Positions 49,886 through 60,310 are shown, numbered from the stretch's first letter. The stretch: DNA of 64,000 bases from an uncultured Alphaproteobacteria bacterium (GCA_944391485.1 CALXTQ010000009.1:1319-65318); one strand, 5' to 3'. Numbers and translations are program-made. The notes: generated from the sequence alone by a model not told the origin.

Positions 49886-52006
49886 ATGATCGATTTTAAA
49901 GTGTCCCGCAAAGAGATGGAATGGGGCGGACGCAAATTAGTTTTGGAAACAGGAAAAGTTGCCAGACAGGCTCAGGGCGCCGTGGTGGTAACTTATGGTG
50001 AAACAGAGGTTTTGGCAACGGTATGTGCCGCAAAAGAAGTAAAGGCAGATCAGGATTTCTTCCCTCTAACCGTCAATTATCAGGAAAAATATTATGCAAC
50101 CGGCAAAGTACCGGGCGGCTTTATGAAAAGAGAAGGCAAACCTTCGGAGCGCGAAGTTCTGATTTCGCGTCTGATTGACCGTCCGATCCGTCCGCTTTTC
50201 CCGGATGCTTTCAAAAATGAAGTTCAGGTTATCTGTACGGTTTTGTCTCATGACCAGAATACGGATTCCGATATTCCGGCCATGATTGCCGCTTCCGCCG
50301 CGTTGGCAATTTCGGGGATCCCATTTCTGGGCCCGATCGGCGCCGCCAAAGTCGGTTATATTGACGGACAGTATGTTTTGAACCCGACGCTGGAACAGAT
50401 GCCCAACACACAGCTGGAGCTTGCTGTCGCCGGCACGTCGGAAGGCGTGCTGATGGTTGAATCCGAGGCAAACGAGCTGTCGGAAGAGACGATGCTGAAT
50501 GCCGTTATGTTCGGTTTTGAAAGCTTCCAGCCGGTTATTAAGATGATTAACGAGCTCAAGGCCGAAGCCGGAAAAGAACCTTGGGAAGCTCCGGTTTTTC
50601 CGCCTGAGTTTGATGCTTTATACACGCGGATTGAGAAAGATTTCGGCGCTAAATTTGAAGAGGCTTTTAAGGAAACAGACAAGCTGAAAAGAGGCGAACT
50701 CGTCGGTCAGGCTTCGGAAGAGGTTAAAGCGACGATTGATCCGGAAAACGAAATCGAAATGCGCTATGTCGGTGACGCGATTGAAAAGCTGATGCATAAG
50801 GTTGTGCGCGAAAAAGTTCTGACAACGGGCCACCGCATTGATGGACGCGATACCAAAACTGTTCGTCCGATTCAGTGTGAAGTTGATGTTCTGCCCTGTG
50901 CGCATGGTTCGGCGCTGTTTACCCGCGGCGAAACTCAGGCTATGGTGGTTACCACATTGGGAACCGGCGAGGATGCCCAGGTTGTTGACGGCCTGATGAA
51001 CGAGTATAAAGAAGACTTTATGCTGAACTATAACTTTCCGCCGTTTTCGGTCGGTGAATGCGGTAGAATCGGCAGTCCCGGCCGCCGCGAAATCGGCCAC
51101 GGAAAATTGGCCTGGCGCGCCATTCATCCGATGCTGCCGAAAAACAAGGATACATTTCCTTATACCATTCGCGTGGTTTCGGAAATTATGGAATCGAACG
51201 GTTCTTCCTCAATGGCCACTGTCTGCGGCACAACATTGTCCCTGATGGCTGCCGGCGTGCCGATGGCAAAACCGGTCGCAGGTATTGCGATGGGTCTGAT
51301 TAAGGAAGAAGGCAACCGCGTGGCTGTTCTGACCGATATTCTCGGCGATGAAGATCACCTTGGCGATATGGATTTCAAGGTTGCGGGCACAAAAGACGGC
51401 GTTACGGCTCTGCAGATGGATATTAAAATTACATCCATTACCAAAGAAATTATGCAGACGGCTCTGGCTCAGGCTCATGAAGGCCGTATCCATATTCTGG
51501 GTGAAATGGCAAAAGCCATTTCGGAACCCCGTCCGCATGTTTCCGACAAAGCACCGCGTATTATCGCCATTAAAATTCCGGTTGATAAAATCCGCGAAGT
51601 TATCGGTTCCGGCGGTAAGGTTATTCGCGAAATTACCGAGAAAACCAATTCCAAGATTGATATTGCCGATGACGGCGTGATTAAAATCGCTTCAGTCAAA
51701 AAGGAAGACGGCGAAGCTGCTTTGGAATGGATTATGGGGATTGTCGCCGAACCGGAAGAAGGTAAAATTTATCACGGCGTCATTACCAAAATTATGGACT
51801 TTGGCGCATTTGTCCGTTTCCTCGGCACAACCGAAGGTCTGGTTCATATTTCTGAGGTTAAGAACGAGCGCATTGCTTCGGTTTCCGATTTCTATAAGGA
51901 AGGCGATTCAATGTGGGTTAAGTGTCTTGGCACCGATAACCGCGGCAAGATTAAGCTCTCGGCCAAGAGGGTTAATCAGGAAACCGGCGAAGACCTTGAA
52001 AAATAG
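49886..52006 (+). CDS. pnp: polyribonucleotide nucleotidyltransferase (PNPase)
   Basis: 706 aa. Two RNase-PH domains, then a KH domain ([20 protein letters not shown]) and an S1 domain ([17 protein letters not shown]). Confidence 0.9.
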   Translation: MIDFKVSRKEMEWGGRKLVLETGKVARQAQGAVVVTYGETEVLATVCAAKEVKADQDFFPLTVNYQEKYYATGKVPGGFMKREGKPSEREVLISRLIDRPIRPLFPDAFKNEVQVICTVLSHDQNTDSDIPAMIAASAALAISGIPFLGPIGAAKVGYIDGQYVLNPTLEQMPNTQLELAVAGTSEGVLMVESEANELSEETMLNAVMFGFESFQPVIKMINELKAEAGKEPWEAPVFPPEFDALYTRIEKDFGAKFEEAFKETDKLKRGELVGQASEEVKATIDPENEIEMRYVGDAIEKLMHKVVREKVLTTGHRIDGRDTKTVRPIQCEVDVLPCAHGSALFTRGETQAMVVTTLGTGEDAQVVDGLMNEYKEDFMLNYNFPPFSVGECGRIGSPGRREIGHGKLAWRAIHPMLPKNKDTFPYTIRVVSEIMESNGSSSMATVCGTTLSLMAAGVPMAKPVAGIAMGLIKEEGNRVAVLTDILGDEDHLGDMDFKVAGTKDGVTALQMDIKITSITKEIMQTALAQAHEGRIHILGEMAKAISEPRPHVSDKAPRIIAIKIPVDKIREVIGSGGKVIREITEKTNSKIDIADDGVIKIASVKKEDGEAALEWIMGIVAEPEEGKIYHGVITKIMDFGAFVRFLGTTEGLVHISEVKNERIASVSDFYKEGDSMWVKCLGTDNRGKIKLSAKRVNQETGEDLEK

Positions 52007-52066
52007 CCGACCGGCGGGGAAGTGATGCAGGTTATTTTCCCGTGTTGTCTGACTGTTTTGAGTATC

Positions 52067-52099
52067 AAAAAGGGCTGATTGAAAAATCGGCCCTTTTTG
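52067..52099 (+). terminator. Rho-independent terminator after pnp
   Basis: AGGGCTGA-ttgaaaaa-TCGGCCCT (one G-U) followed by TTTTTG. Confidence 0.55.
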
Positions 52100-52207
52100 C
52101 ATGCAAATAAAATTTGACATAAATTTAATTTTGTCTATAATAACCGCCTGAAGTTGATTATTGTGCGGTTGTATTGTTATTGGGAAACACTTTAAAATTT
52201 ATTATTT

Positions 52208-52516
52208 ATGGAAACAATTCAATTTTTTGTGTTCCTCGGGATCATTCTTGTCCTGTTGGGCGTTCTTCTGGCTATCAGAAAATTATTTCTTCAAAAACCG
52301 GAGGATAAAAATTGTTATGCCGAACTGATCTGTTATCATGACGGAGCATGGCTGTGCGAGTATTTTGAAGGCAGGGAAGCCCGGAAAGGGTTTGTCTTTA
52401 TGTCCGAAGAAGAAGGCCGGCCCGGAATGATTATAACCGTTCGGTTTGAGAATGTGAAACTGGTGAGCTGTTTTGTTCCCTGCGAGGATGAAACAGAAGA
52501 ACCGGAGAATGTTTAA
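52208..52516 (+). CDS. small membrane-anchored protein (102 aa), unknown function
   Basis: One N-terminal TM helix (FFVFLGIILVLLGVLLAI), then a Cys-containing soluble domain with an acidic tail. Confidence 0.4.
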   Translation: METIQFFVFLGIILVLLGVLLAIRKLFLQKPEDKNCYAELICYHDGAWLCEYFEGREARKGFVFMSEEEGRPGMIITVRFENVKLVSCFVPCEDETEEPENV

Positions 52517-52531
52517 CTAAAAAATACAAGT

Positions 52532-53032
52532 ATGTGGCAAATCGAATTTGCCGTTTATGTAACGGCTTTTGTTCTGGCGGCAGTTAACGCCATGCTGTTC
52601 TGCATGTGGTGGGATTATCAGAAGGTTATGCTTCTGCCTCATGTCAGAAATCTGGCCCGTTTTTATACGGGGATGACAATCTTGCTGATTGCCGTTTTGC
52701 TGGCAAACACGTATTTTTTGTGTCGCAGCGGCAGTTATACCCAGTGGGAGTTCTCGTTTTGGCTTATTGCCGGTCAGGCTCTGCTGGCCAGAGGAATTAT
52801 CTGGAGGCTGAAAAAAAATTATAATCTGTATCTCATTGAGGGAAAGGAGTACAGATTTATTATTTCTTCAGTCAGTGACCAGTGCATTGGTGGCTATATG
52901 GTTGTCGGAAAGTACTGGATTTATGCCGAGGACGTGGCTCCTTATGCCCCTGAAGATTTTTCGGAACTTAAAACGGTTAAGGCCGTGTTTCTGAGAACAG
53001 ACGCGAAAGGGAAAGTGATTGTCCGCGTATGA
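52532..53032 (+). CDS. membrane protein (166 aa; 2-3 TM helices + C-terminal beta-rich domain, possibly bacterial PH-like), unknown function
   Basis: Hydrophobic helices in the first 100 aa, then LYLIEGKEYRFIISSV...KAVFLRTDAKGKVIVRV. Separated by 15 bp from the previous small gene, so probably co-transcribed. Confidence 0.45.
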   Translation: MWQIEFAVYVTAFVLAAVNAMLFCMWWDYQKVMLLPHVRNLARFYTGMTILLIAVLLANTYFLCRSGSYTQWEFSFWLIAGQALLARGIIWRLKKNYNLYLIEGKEYRFIISSVSDQCIGGYMVVGKYWIYAEDVAPYAPEDFSELKTVKAVFLRTDAKGKVIVRV

Positions 53033-53230
53033 AACTTAAGGCTCCGTCAATAACGGAGCCTTTTATTTTGCCTTGACCATTTTAAAGTAGAATGTATTTT
53101 GTTTTTCCATTATAAATATCTTATACGATTTTCGGGATCGTATCTGCAAGGTTACCGGAGTGGAAAACAGTTACTGAGAAGCTGTTGACCGCAGCCGGAG
53201 TTATCCCGGCTTTTGGGTTCGGGGTAACGG

Positions 53231-53267
53231 GGAGGTTCTTAAAAACAGTTTTAAGAACCTCCTTTTG
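53231..53267 (+). terminator. strong hairpin + T-tract in the long leader upstream of rplY (terminator of the upstream pair, or attenuator)
   Basis: Perfect 14-bp stem GGAGGTTCTTAAAA-acag-TTTTAAGAACCTCC followed by TTTTG. Confidence 0.5.
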
Positions 53268-53462
53268 CATCCGCTGGCAAAGAAGACAACGATCCTATTT
53301 TTCAAAATGCAAAAATCCGAATTGCAGTTGGAGGTTACCATTCCTTTCTTATTTTTAAAAAATCCTTGAAATCTGTAAAATAAAGTTGTAAGAGTCCTAC
53401 TTAGCCGAAGGACACCCCTGGAGGTCTCTTTGGTTTGATTAACTTATTTAAGGAAAAATAAA

Positions 53463-53753
53463 ATGTCAGATATTACTTTTAATGCGCAGATGCGTGAAAA
53501 AGCAGGTAAGGGGGCAGCTCGTGCATGTCGTCGTGAGGGCCGTGTTCCGGCCGTTATTTATGGCGGAAACAAAGAGCCCCTGATGATCAGCCTTAACCCG
53601 GTTGAATTGACCAAGGCTCTGGATACGGCAGGTTTTTATGATGCCGATATCGAAATTGTCATTGATGGCAAAAAGCACAGTGTCATCTGCCAGGACGTTC
53701 AGTTCCATCCCGTTTCGGATGCGCCGCTGCATGTCGACTTTTTGAGAAAGTAG
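53463..53753 (+). CDS. rplY: 50S ribosomal protein L25, short (N-terminal-domain-only) form
   Basis: 96 aa. RACRREGRVPAVIYGG...HVDFLRK matches the L25/Ctc N-domain. The stop comes right at the domain boundary, and no downstream frame continues a Ctc C-domain. Confidence 0.75.
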   Translation: MSDITFNAQMREKAGKGAARACRREGRVPAVIYGGNKEPLMISLNPVELTKALDTAGFYDADIEIVIDGKKHSVICQDVQFHPVSDAPLHVDFLRK

Positions 53754-53874
53754 TCGTTAGACTATTAAGGCGGTTTTTGCGATTTTTCAAGATCGGTGCC
53801 GGTCAGGCATATTTTGATTTATCGCCGGAAGCCGCCTTCTTTTTTTTTCTGAAAGCAAGTTTTGAGAGGCGGAA

Positions 53875-54462
53875 ATGTTTTTAATCGTCGGTTTGGGGAA
53901 TCCGGGAACGGAATATGCCAATACGCGGCATAACATCGGCTTTATGGCGGCGGACGCTATTGCCGGCCGGTATGGCTTTGGTCCGTTTAAAGCCAAATTT
54001 GACGGGTTGCTTGCCGAAGGAAAAATCGAGGGTGAAAAAGTATATCTGCTCAAACCGCAGACCTTTATGAACCTGTCGGGAAATTCTGTAGTAAAAGCCG
54101 CTGCTTTTTACAAAATACCGCCGCAGAATGTGATTGTTATTCACGATGACATGGATCTGCAGCCGGGACAGCTTAAGGCAAAACTCGGCGGCGGCAGCGG
54201 CGGCCATAACGGCATAAAAAGCATTGATGCCCATATTACGCCGGGCTACAACCGCGTCCGCATCGGCGTTGGACATCCGTCCGGAAAAGGCGAGAAGGTT
54301 GTCAGCCATGTGTTGTCCGGTTTTTCAAAGGATGATAAAAAGCTGGTGGATGAGGCATTGGAAACGGCTGCGGCAACTATTGGGGTTTTGATTAAGGATG
54401 GAATCGGGGCTTATTCCAACCAAATCGGTATGCTGAAATCGAGGCAGAAAAACAATAGTTAA
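53875..54462 (+). CDS. pth: peptidyl-tRNA hydrolase
   Basis: MFLIVGLGNPGTEYANTRHNIGF N-terminus, catalytic His in NTRHN, 195 aa. Confidence 0.85.
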   Translation: MFLIVGLGNPGTEYANTRHNIGFMAADAIAGRYGFGPFKAKFDGLLAEGKIEGEKVYLLKPQTFMNLSGNSVVKAAAFYKIPPQNVIVIHDDMDLQPGQLKAKLGGGSGGHNGIKSIDAHITPGYNRVRIGVGHPSGKGEKVVSHVLSGFSKDDKKLVDEALETAAATIGVLIKDGIGAYSNQIGMLKSRQKNNS

Positions 54463-54555
54463 ATCGTCTTTAGAAAATTTATCGGAAATAGTTATTTTTT
54501 TTCTTGTCTAAAAAAACAGATAGGCTATCCTTATTCTAATTTCTTGGAGTTGGAA

Positions 54556-55548
54556 ATGACGGAAATATCTGTAATTTTACCAGTCTACAACAGTAATCTG
54601 ACTCATCTGCGGACTGCCGTCCAAAGCGTTTTGTCGCAGAGTTTTTCTGATTTTGAGCTGATTATCGTTGATGACGGGTCGGAAAGGAATGTTGCCGGCC
54701 TTTGTGATGAGTTTGCCGCCGCCGACAGCAGAATCAGAGTTTTTCACAACAGTAACCAAGGTCCCGGAAAATCGCGCAATTTCGGCATCGGTCAGGCAAA
54801 AGGAAATTTTATCATTTTCATGGACCATGATGACCATGTCGCTTCCGGCTGGCTGGAAAAGCTGTATCATTCGATTATTGACAACGAGGCGGACGCGGCT
54901 TTCTGTTATGCCGGAGAATTTGTCGACGGTTCAGACGAGGTTGAGGCGCTGCCTTATCCCCGTTTTGAGCGCGAGGCTCTGTCTTTGAACGAGAAGCTCA
55001 GGCGGCGTCTGTCCATTACGTTCTTTCCGCCATGGGCAAAATTGGTGCGGCGGGCATTTATCGAAAAATACGGCTTGGGATTCTCCGAGGATTTTAACCG
55101 TTTTGACGATGTCTTTTTCCATTTGTTTGTGGTGCATCATGCGCGTAAGATTTCTTTTGTGAATGAGATGCTTTATTTTCACAGAATGTTTGACGGTTCC
55201 ATTTCCGGCCGCAGCAGGCAGAATACGGATATGTATTTTGACGCTTTTAAAACCATGGACGATGTTATTGCCAAATGCCGGAAAGACGGTATCGACTGCC
55301 GGGTTATTCTGAACAGAGTTATGCCGATGTACGGGCTGGGCGAAGAAATTGTCGTCTCCAAGGAAAAGTTTAACCGCCGGCTGGCGGAATATATCCGGAC
55401 GTATAAGCTGGATAATGTGCTGTTTAAGAGAAAACTGAAAGCTTTTAAGCATTGGCTGTTTTTCTGCCGGTTTAAGAAGGACCGGAAAATTCTGCGGATT
55501 TTCGGCATAACCCTGATAAACAGCACCGGGGACAGGACAGCAAAATAA
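54556..55548 (+). CDS. family-2 glycosyltransferase (GT-A fold)
   Basis: ISVILPVYNSNLTHLRTAVQSVLSQSFSDFELIIVDDGS is a GT2 N-terminal motif with the DxD-region DHDD. The start at MTEISV is chosen over the ORF-track start at 54544. Confidence 0.7.
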   Translation: MTEISVILPVYNSNLTHLRTAVQSVLSQSFSDFELIIVDDGSERNVAGLCDEFAAADSRIRVFHNSNQGPGKSRNFGIGQAKGNFIIFMDHDDHVASGWLEKLYHSIIDNEADAAFCYAGEFVDGSDEVEALPYPRFEREALSLNEKLRRRLSITFFPPWAKLVRRAFIEKYGLGFSEDFNRFDDVFFHLFVVHHARKISFVNEMLYFHRMFDGSISGRSRQNTDMYFDAFKTMDDVIAKCRKDGIDCRVILNRVMPMYGLGEEIVVSKEKFNRRLAEYIRTYKLDNVLFKRKLKAFKHWLFFCRFKKDRKILRIFGITLINSTGDRTAK

Positions 55549-55623
55549 TTCCCTTGAAAACTTGGCGGTTACGGGCTATAAGTCAGTAAATTTTATTTTG
55601 TTGAAACGACAGGAGTTTTTTGA

Positions 55624-56736
55624 ATGGGATTCAACTGTGGAATTGTCGGGCTGCCGAATGTCGGAAAGTCCACTTTATTTAATGCGCTGACTCAGACGAT
55701 CGCCGCGCAGGCCGCAAATTTTCCGTTTTGCACGATTGAACCGAATACCGGCCGGGTTGCCGTTCCGGACAAACGGCTGGAAAAGTTGTCCGAAATGGTT
55801 AAACCCCGTACGGTTACGCCGACTCAGCTTGAGTTTGTCGATATTGCCGGTTTGGTAAAAGGCGCGTCAAAGGGTGAGGGACTGGGAAACCAGTTTCTGG
55901 CCAATATCCGCGAAGTCGACGCCATCATTCATGTTCTGCGCTGTTTTGAAAATGACAATATTACGCATGTCGAGGGCAGTGTGGATCCGATCCGCGACGC
56001 GGAGATCGTGGAAACGGAGCTGATGATCGCCGATTTGGAATCGCTGGAAAAAAGGTTCGAACAGCTTGCCAAAAAAGCAAAAACCGGCGGCGACAAGGAC
56101 GCAAAGCTTAAAGCCGAAGTCATGGAGCCGGTTATCAGGGCCCTGAGAGAAGGAAAACCAGCCCGGACAGCAGCGCCGTCCAAAGAAAACAAAGACGCCT
56201 ACAAAGAATATACAATGCTGCAGCTGCTGACATCCAAGCCGGTTTTGTATGTCTGTAACGTGGATGAAGATTCCGCGGCGACCGGAAATAAGTTTTCGGA
56301 GCAGGTTTTTGCCAAAGCTAAAGCAGAAGGCGCCGGCGCCGTCATTATTTCCGCCGCAATCGAATCCGAGGTGGCGCAGCTTGACAGCGAAGAAGAGAAA
56401 AAGGAGTTTCTTGCCGCGCTGGGTCTGGAGGAAACGGGGCTGGCGAAAATTATCCGGGCCGGTTACGAGCTTTTGGGGCTGCAGACATATTTTACCTGCG
56501 GTCCGAAAGAAGTTCGGGCCTGGACGTTTGTGAAAGGTTCCAAGGCTCCGCAGTGCGCCGGTATTATTCATTCAGATTTTGAACGGGGTTTTATCCGGGC
56601 GGAAACAATTGCGTATGATGACTTTGTCAAGTATGGCGGCGAGCAGGCTTGCAAAGAAGCGGGCAAGGTCCGCTCGGAAGGAAAAGAATACGTTGTTCAG
56701 GACGGAGACGTCATGCTGTTTCTCTTTAATGTCTGA
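55624..56736 (+). CDS. ychF: ribosome-binding ATPase YchF (Obg-family)
   Basis: [19 protein letters not shown]1 motif, [21 protein letters not shown]-terminal TGS domain. 370 aa. Confidence 0.9.
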   Translation: MGFNCGIVGLPNVGKSTLFNALTQTIAAQAANFPFCTIEPNTGRVAVPDKRLEKLSEMVKPRTVTPTQLEFVDIAGLVKGASKGEGLGNQFLANIREVDAIIHVLRCFENDNITHVEGSVDPIRDAEIVETELMIADLESLEKRFEQLAKKAKTGGDKDAKLKAEVMEPVIRALREGKPARTAAPSKENKDAYKEYTMLQLLTSKPVLYVCNVDEDSAATGNKFSEQVFAKAKAEGAGAVIISAAIESEVAQLDSEEEKKEFLAALGLEETGLAKIIRAGYELLGLQTYFTCGPKEVRAWTFVKGSKAPQCAGIIHSDFERGFIRAETIAYDDFVKYGGEQACKEAGKVRSEGKEYVVQDGDVMLFLFNV

Positions 56737-56900
56737 CCGACCGGAAAGTTTTCTGCTGACGGGGCGCTTTTGCGCCCCAAATTGTTTCTACCGGTCGAAG
56801 ATGTTTTCGCGCAGGCGTGGCTGATATTTGTGAGAGAATAGCTTGTATATGGCGTAGGGCGAAACTTTTATTGTAAAACAGCGGGTTAAGAAAGCTTTGT

Positions 56901-56929
56901 TTGACAATTAACAAGTGTTGTGCTATGTT
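56901..56929 (+). promoter_or_regulatory. sigma70-like promoter upstream of ORF 56953..57420
   Basis: TTGACA (56901-56906), 17-bp spacer, TATGTT (56924-56929). Confidence 0.35.
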
Positions 56930-56952
56930 GAAAATATTCTAATGATTATTTT

Positions 56953-57420
56953 GTGATTATGAAAAAACTGAAAGTTTTAGCGGATGTAAGCGCGTGTTAC
57001 GCCGTTCTGCGCAGCTGCAAGGTTCCTCCGCGGAGTAACCAGGTGATTGAGCCTCGCTTCAGGGGTCTTATGGCACTGGAGCTTCAGAGAAAGTACCAAT
57101 GTATTTTGGCTGAGCCGGAAAATTTTTCGACGCTTGACGAGTTTGCTGAAGCAATCTGTTTTTCCTGCTATGCGAAAGGACTGGCCAGATATCTGCAAAG
57201 TTTTATCCAGAAAAATTTTGGCGAATGGTATCTGACTGACGAAATTCTATTCTGGCAGGGCAATAGTCAGACGATCAAGAAATTTAACCGTCTGATGAGT
57301 CTGCTTGTCATTAAGTACAAGCTGAGAAAAACGCAAAGGAAAGAACTGGTCAGGAATCAGACAATCCGGGACATTTCTTTTTTTATTGCCAAACTAAAAT
57401 ACACAGGTCATGGAAAATAG
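56953..57420 (+). CDS. hypothetical protein (155 aa), AT-richer than surroundings
   Basis: ORF following a near-consensus promoter. No recognisable motifs. Inserted between ychF and trmL. Confidence 0.4.
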   Translation: MIMKKLKVLADVSACYAVLRSCKVPPRSNQVIEPRFRGLMALELQRKYQCILAEPENFSTLDEFAEAICFSCYAKGLARYLQSFIQKNFGEWYLTDEILFWQGNSQTIKKFNRLMSLLVIKYKLRKTQRKELVRNQTIRDISFFIAKLKYTGHGK

Positions 57421-57589
57421 TGATTAAAAGCGGGCATGTTTTTTGCAAAACACCCCGCTTTTTTGCTTGTAGAGAGAGTTTATCCGCAGTATAGACAAGA
57501 CAGAAGCATAAAAAGTAAACCGCCGGGAAATGTGTTGTTTGGGGTTCCGAACTTTCGGAGAAGGCAGAACAGATTTATCGGCGTCTGTA

Positions 57590-58078
57590 ATGGAGATGAA
57601 AATGAGGTTAGCGCTTTTTCAGCCGGATATTCCGCAAAATACGGGAACGCTGCTGCGGCTCGGTGCCTGTCTGGATGTTCCGCTGGATATTATCGAACCC
57701 TGCGGTTTTGTTTTTAACGAGAAGGCAATGCGCCGCGCTGGTATGGATTATCTGGAAATGGCCTCATACCGCCGTCATGATTCTTGGGGAGATTTTCTCG
57801 CCTGCCGCTGCGCTCATCCGGAAGAATACGGCAGAATTGTTCTGTTGACGACGCATGCGTCGGTTCCGTATACCGAATTTGAATTTCAGAAAAATGACAT
57901 TATCCTGATGGGGCGGGAGAGCGCCGGGGTGCCGCAGGAGGTTCATGAAACGGCTGATGCCAGACTGCTTATCCCGATGAACGAAAAGGCGCGGTCTATC
58001 AATGTGGCCGTATCCGCGGTTATGGTCGTGGGAGAATGCCTGCGCCAGACCGGTATGTTTCCCGTCCGAAGAAAATAA
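57590..58078 (+). CDS. trmL: SpoU-family tRNA (cytidine/uridine-2'-O)-methyltransferase TrmL-like
   Basis: Start MEMKMRLALFQPDIPQNTGTLLRLGACLDVPLDIIEP (the ORF-track start at 57530 is too early). SPOUT knot motifs LLIPMNEKARSINVAVSAVMVVGE. About 160 aa. Confidence 0.7.
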   Translation: MEMKMRLALFQPDIPQNTGTLLRLGACLDVPLDIIEPCGFVFNEKAMRRAGMDYLEMASYRRHDSWGDFLACRCAHPEEYGRIVLLTTHASVPYTEFEFQKNDIILMGRESAGVPQEVHETADARLLIPMNEKARSINVAVSAVMVVGECLRQTGMFPVRRK

Positions 58079-58229
58079 AAGACATATTTTCCAAGTTTTT
58101 TCAGAATGTTACAATTTTTTGACAAAATTTCTATTTTTAGACTAGATTTCGGTCTGGTTTTGTGATATGGTAAAGGCCTCTTGAAGAGAAGTTGAGTTTA
58201 TTAATCGTTTTTGAGCAGATAGGAAAAGT

Positions 58230-58739
58230 TTGATGAATAAAAAGATTTCTTCCGCTATTGCGTTTAATCCCGGGGATTATGTCGTTTATCCGGCTCACGG
58301 CGTCGGCAAAATCTCCGACGTGGCCAAACAGAAAGTGGCCGGAACGGAACTGGAGCTGATTGTCGTTAATTTTGACCGGGATAAGATGACTTTGCGTATT
58401 CCGATGGCCAAGGCAGAAAATGTTGGGTTACGCAAAATTTCCGAAACCGAGACGATGAATGATGCGCTCAGCGTTCTTAAGGGTAAGGCCAAAGTTAAAA
58501 AGATCATGTGGTCGCGCCGCGCTCAGGAATATGAAAACAAAATCAATTCTGGAAACCCGGTGGCTATCGCCGAGGTTGTGCGCGATCTGTACCGCAGCGA
58601 GAATCTGGCCGAACAGTCGTACAGCGAGAGACAGATATATGAACAGGCTCTTGACCGGTTGGCCAACGAGGTGGCGGTCTGCGAAAATATTTCTTCGGCG
58701 GAAGCGACCAAAAAACTGCTAGATCTCTTATCCAAATAA
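58230..58739 (+). CDS. carD: CarD/CdnL-family RNA-polymerase-binding transcription regulator
   Basis: GDYVVYPAHGVGKI...ELIVVNFDRDKMTLRIPM matches the CarD_CdnL_TRCF N-domain. 169 aa. Confidence 0.75.
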   Translation: MMNKKISSAIAFNPGDYVVYPAHGVGKISDVAKQKVAGTELELIVVNFDRDKMTLRIPMAKAENVGLRKISETETMNDALSVLKGKAKVKKIMWSRRAQEYENKINSGNPVAIAEVVRDLYRSENLAEQSYSERQIYEQALDRLANEVAVCENISSAEATKKLLDLLSK

Positions 58740-58762
58740 TTGCAAAAAACACTGATACCTTA

Positions 58763-58793
58763 AGCCGCGGACTCAAAAGCCGCGGCTTTTGTT
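58763..58793 (+). terminator. Rho-independent terminator after carD
   Basis: GCCGCGG-actcaaaag-CCGCGGC followed by TTTTGTTT. Confidence 0.5.
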
Positions 58794-59149
58794 TGGCTAA
58801 AAGCCTTTTCGGCAGGGGACGGTTTTATCCGGACAAGCGGATTTTCACAGGGAGCTGATTTGGTCGGCGCCGGGAAAGGCGCTGCCTGTAAAAATCATCC
58901 GCGGGAAAGGTTTTCGGAAAAGAGCGTTCTTGCCTGTAAAGCAGAGAAACTTTATGCAAAAGATTTTTGCAGGCATGGGAACAGAAGTATCTTTGCGCGG
59001 CATAAAATCGGGGAGGAAGAGAGAATCGGACAGACTCCGTTCGTCTCGGTTCGCATAGCTTTTTTTAATTTTTGCAAGCATTAAATAGCGAATCAAATTT
59101 GTTGTGTATAAGACTGTTAACAAGAGAAGCGGTCGGTTGCGAATCAGGA

Positions 59150-59184
59150 AAAGGTTAATTAATAGTTAATTATCGTTAACCTTT
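59150..59184. promoter_or_regulatory. 35-bp palindrome immediately upstream of apaG; candidate operator
   Basis: AAAGGTTAAttaatagttaattatcgTTAACCTTT. The 9-bp arms are perfect, the AT-rich core is itself near-palindromic (TTAAT...ATTA). 14 bp before the apaG ATG. Confidence 0.3.
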
Positions 59185-59198
59185 GAGAAAGTCCGGCC

Positions 59199-59612
59199 AT
59201 GATTGAAGATCCTGATTTTGTTACCGCGCAAACCGATGATATTGTTATTTCGGCCTGCCCGATGCTGCTGGAGGAAGATAAGGCCGGCAGAGAGTTCTTG
59301 TGGGGATATTATATGCGGATTGAAAATAATTCCGGCGATAAAATTCATCTGCTCGGCAAAAACTGGAATATTACCGATGAGCGAGGAAACAGCTTTTGTG
59401 ATGATTCGGCGGGATTTAAGGGGGAAATTCCGGAATTGGAACCGGGAGAATATTTCGAATTCAGTTCCATGACGCCGGTCAATTCGCCAAACGCCGTATT
59501 TTACGGCAGCTGCAAAATTATGGATGAAAGAAAACGCGTGGTTAAAGAAGTCCGAATCCCTACCTTTGCGCTTTCTGCGCGTCCGGAACCGTCGTCCGCG
59601 GTTTTGAACTAA
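59199..59612 (+). CDS. apaG: ApaG-domain protein
   Basis: 137 aa. The pattern ...ENNSGDKIHLLGKNWNITDERGN...GEIPELEPGEYFEFSS matches ApaG/DUF525. Confidence 0.75.
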   Translation: MIEDPDFVTAQTDDIVISACPMLLEEDKAGREFLWGYYMRIENNSGDKIHLLGKNWNITDERGNSFCDDSAGFKGEIPELEPGEYFEFSSMTPVNSPNAVFYGSCKIMDERKRVVKEVRIPTFALSARPEPSSAVLN

Positions 59613-60223
59613 TTATATTCGCGGATGTAACTGTTGTTCTGAACGTATAAGTTCAGATATTCGTGGATATTTTGTTCCATGCGCAGGTTGAACTCATCGA
59701 AGAGTTTGGTAACCATGCCGTTCCAGTATCTTTCTTTTTCTTCAATGTCCGTATCAACAGGGATAATCAGCTCACGCCAGGCTTCGATAGAGGTTTCGGC
59801 GCTGGATTGCTTGCGCGGGTCGCTTATTTTGATGACGACATGCAGGTTGGCGCGGTATTTGATGCGGTCTTTGTAAAAAACTTTTTCCGATTTTTCGACT
59901 TGTTCGGTAACACTGGCGTCTTTGATGATGAACTGGGCGATTTTGTCTGATGAAAAGTCGACCGCTTCAAGGCGATCTTTGGCCCAGATGCGGGCTGTTC
60001 TTTCTATGGAGATGGGGAACAGGTGTTCGACATTCGGGCGGGTGAAGGTCGGCGTGAATTCCGAGACAACTTCGATACGGTTTACTTTCAGCTCAATCGG
60101 AGCCTGGCTGGTGAAGCGGGGTTCGCTGTAACGCCGTGGTTCGGCTTCGTCGTTGGAAGTTGCGCAGGAAGCCGCAAGTCCGGCTAAAAATAATACGGTA
60201 AAAATTCTACTGAATATTTTCAT
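59609..60223 (-). CDS. lipoprotein (204 aa), unknown function
   Basis: Signal + lipobox FLAGLAASC. Convergent with apaG, overlapping by 4 bp. Confidence 0.55.
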   Translation of the reverse strand: MKIFSRIFTVLFLAGLAASCATSNDEAEPRRYSEPRFTSQAPIELKVNRIEVVSEFTPTFTRPNVEHLFPISIERTARIWAKDRLEAVDFSSDKIAQFIIKDASVTEQVEKSEKVFYKDRIKYRANLHVVIKISDPRKQSSAETSIEAWRELIIPVDTDIEEKERYWNGMVTKLFDEFNLRMEQNIHEYLNLYVQNNSYIREYN

Positions 60224-60310
60224 TTTTGTCTGCCCTGTTCTATTAATATAGCAAAAGGCCCATTTTCCTAATGAGCCTTTTCAGAATAATGAGGATTGTT
60301 TAATATATGC

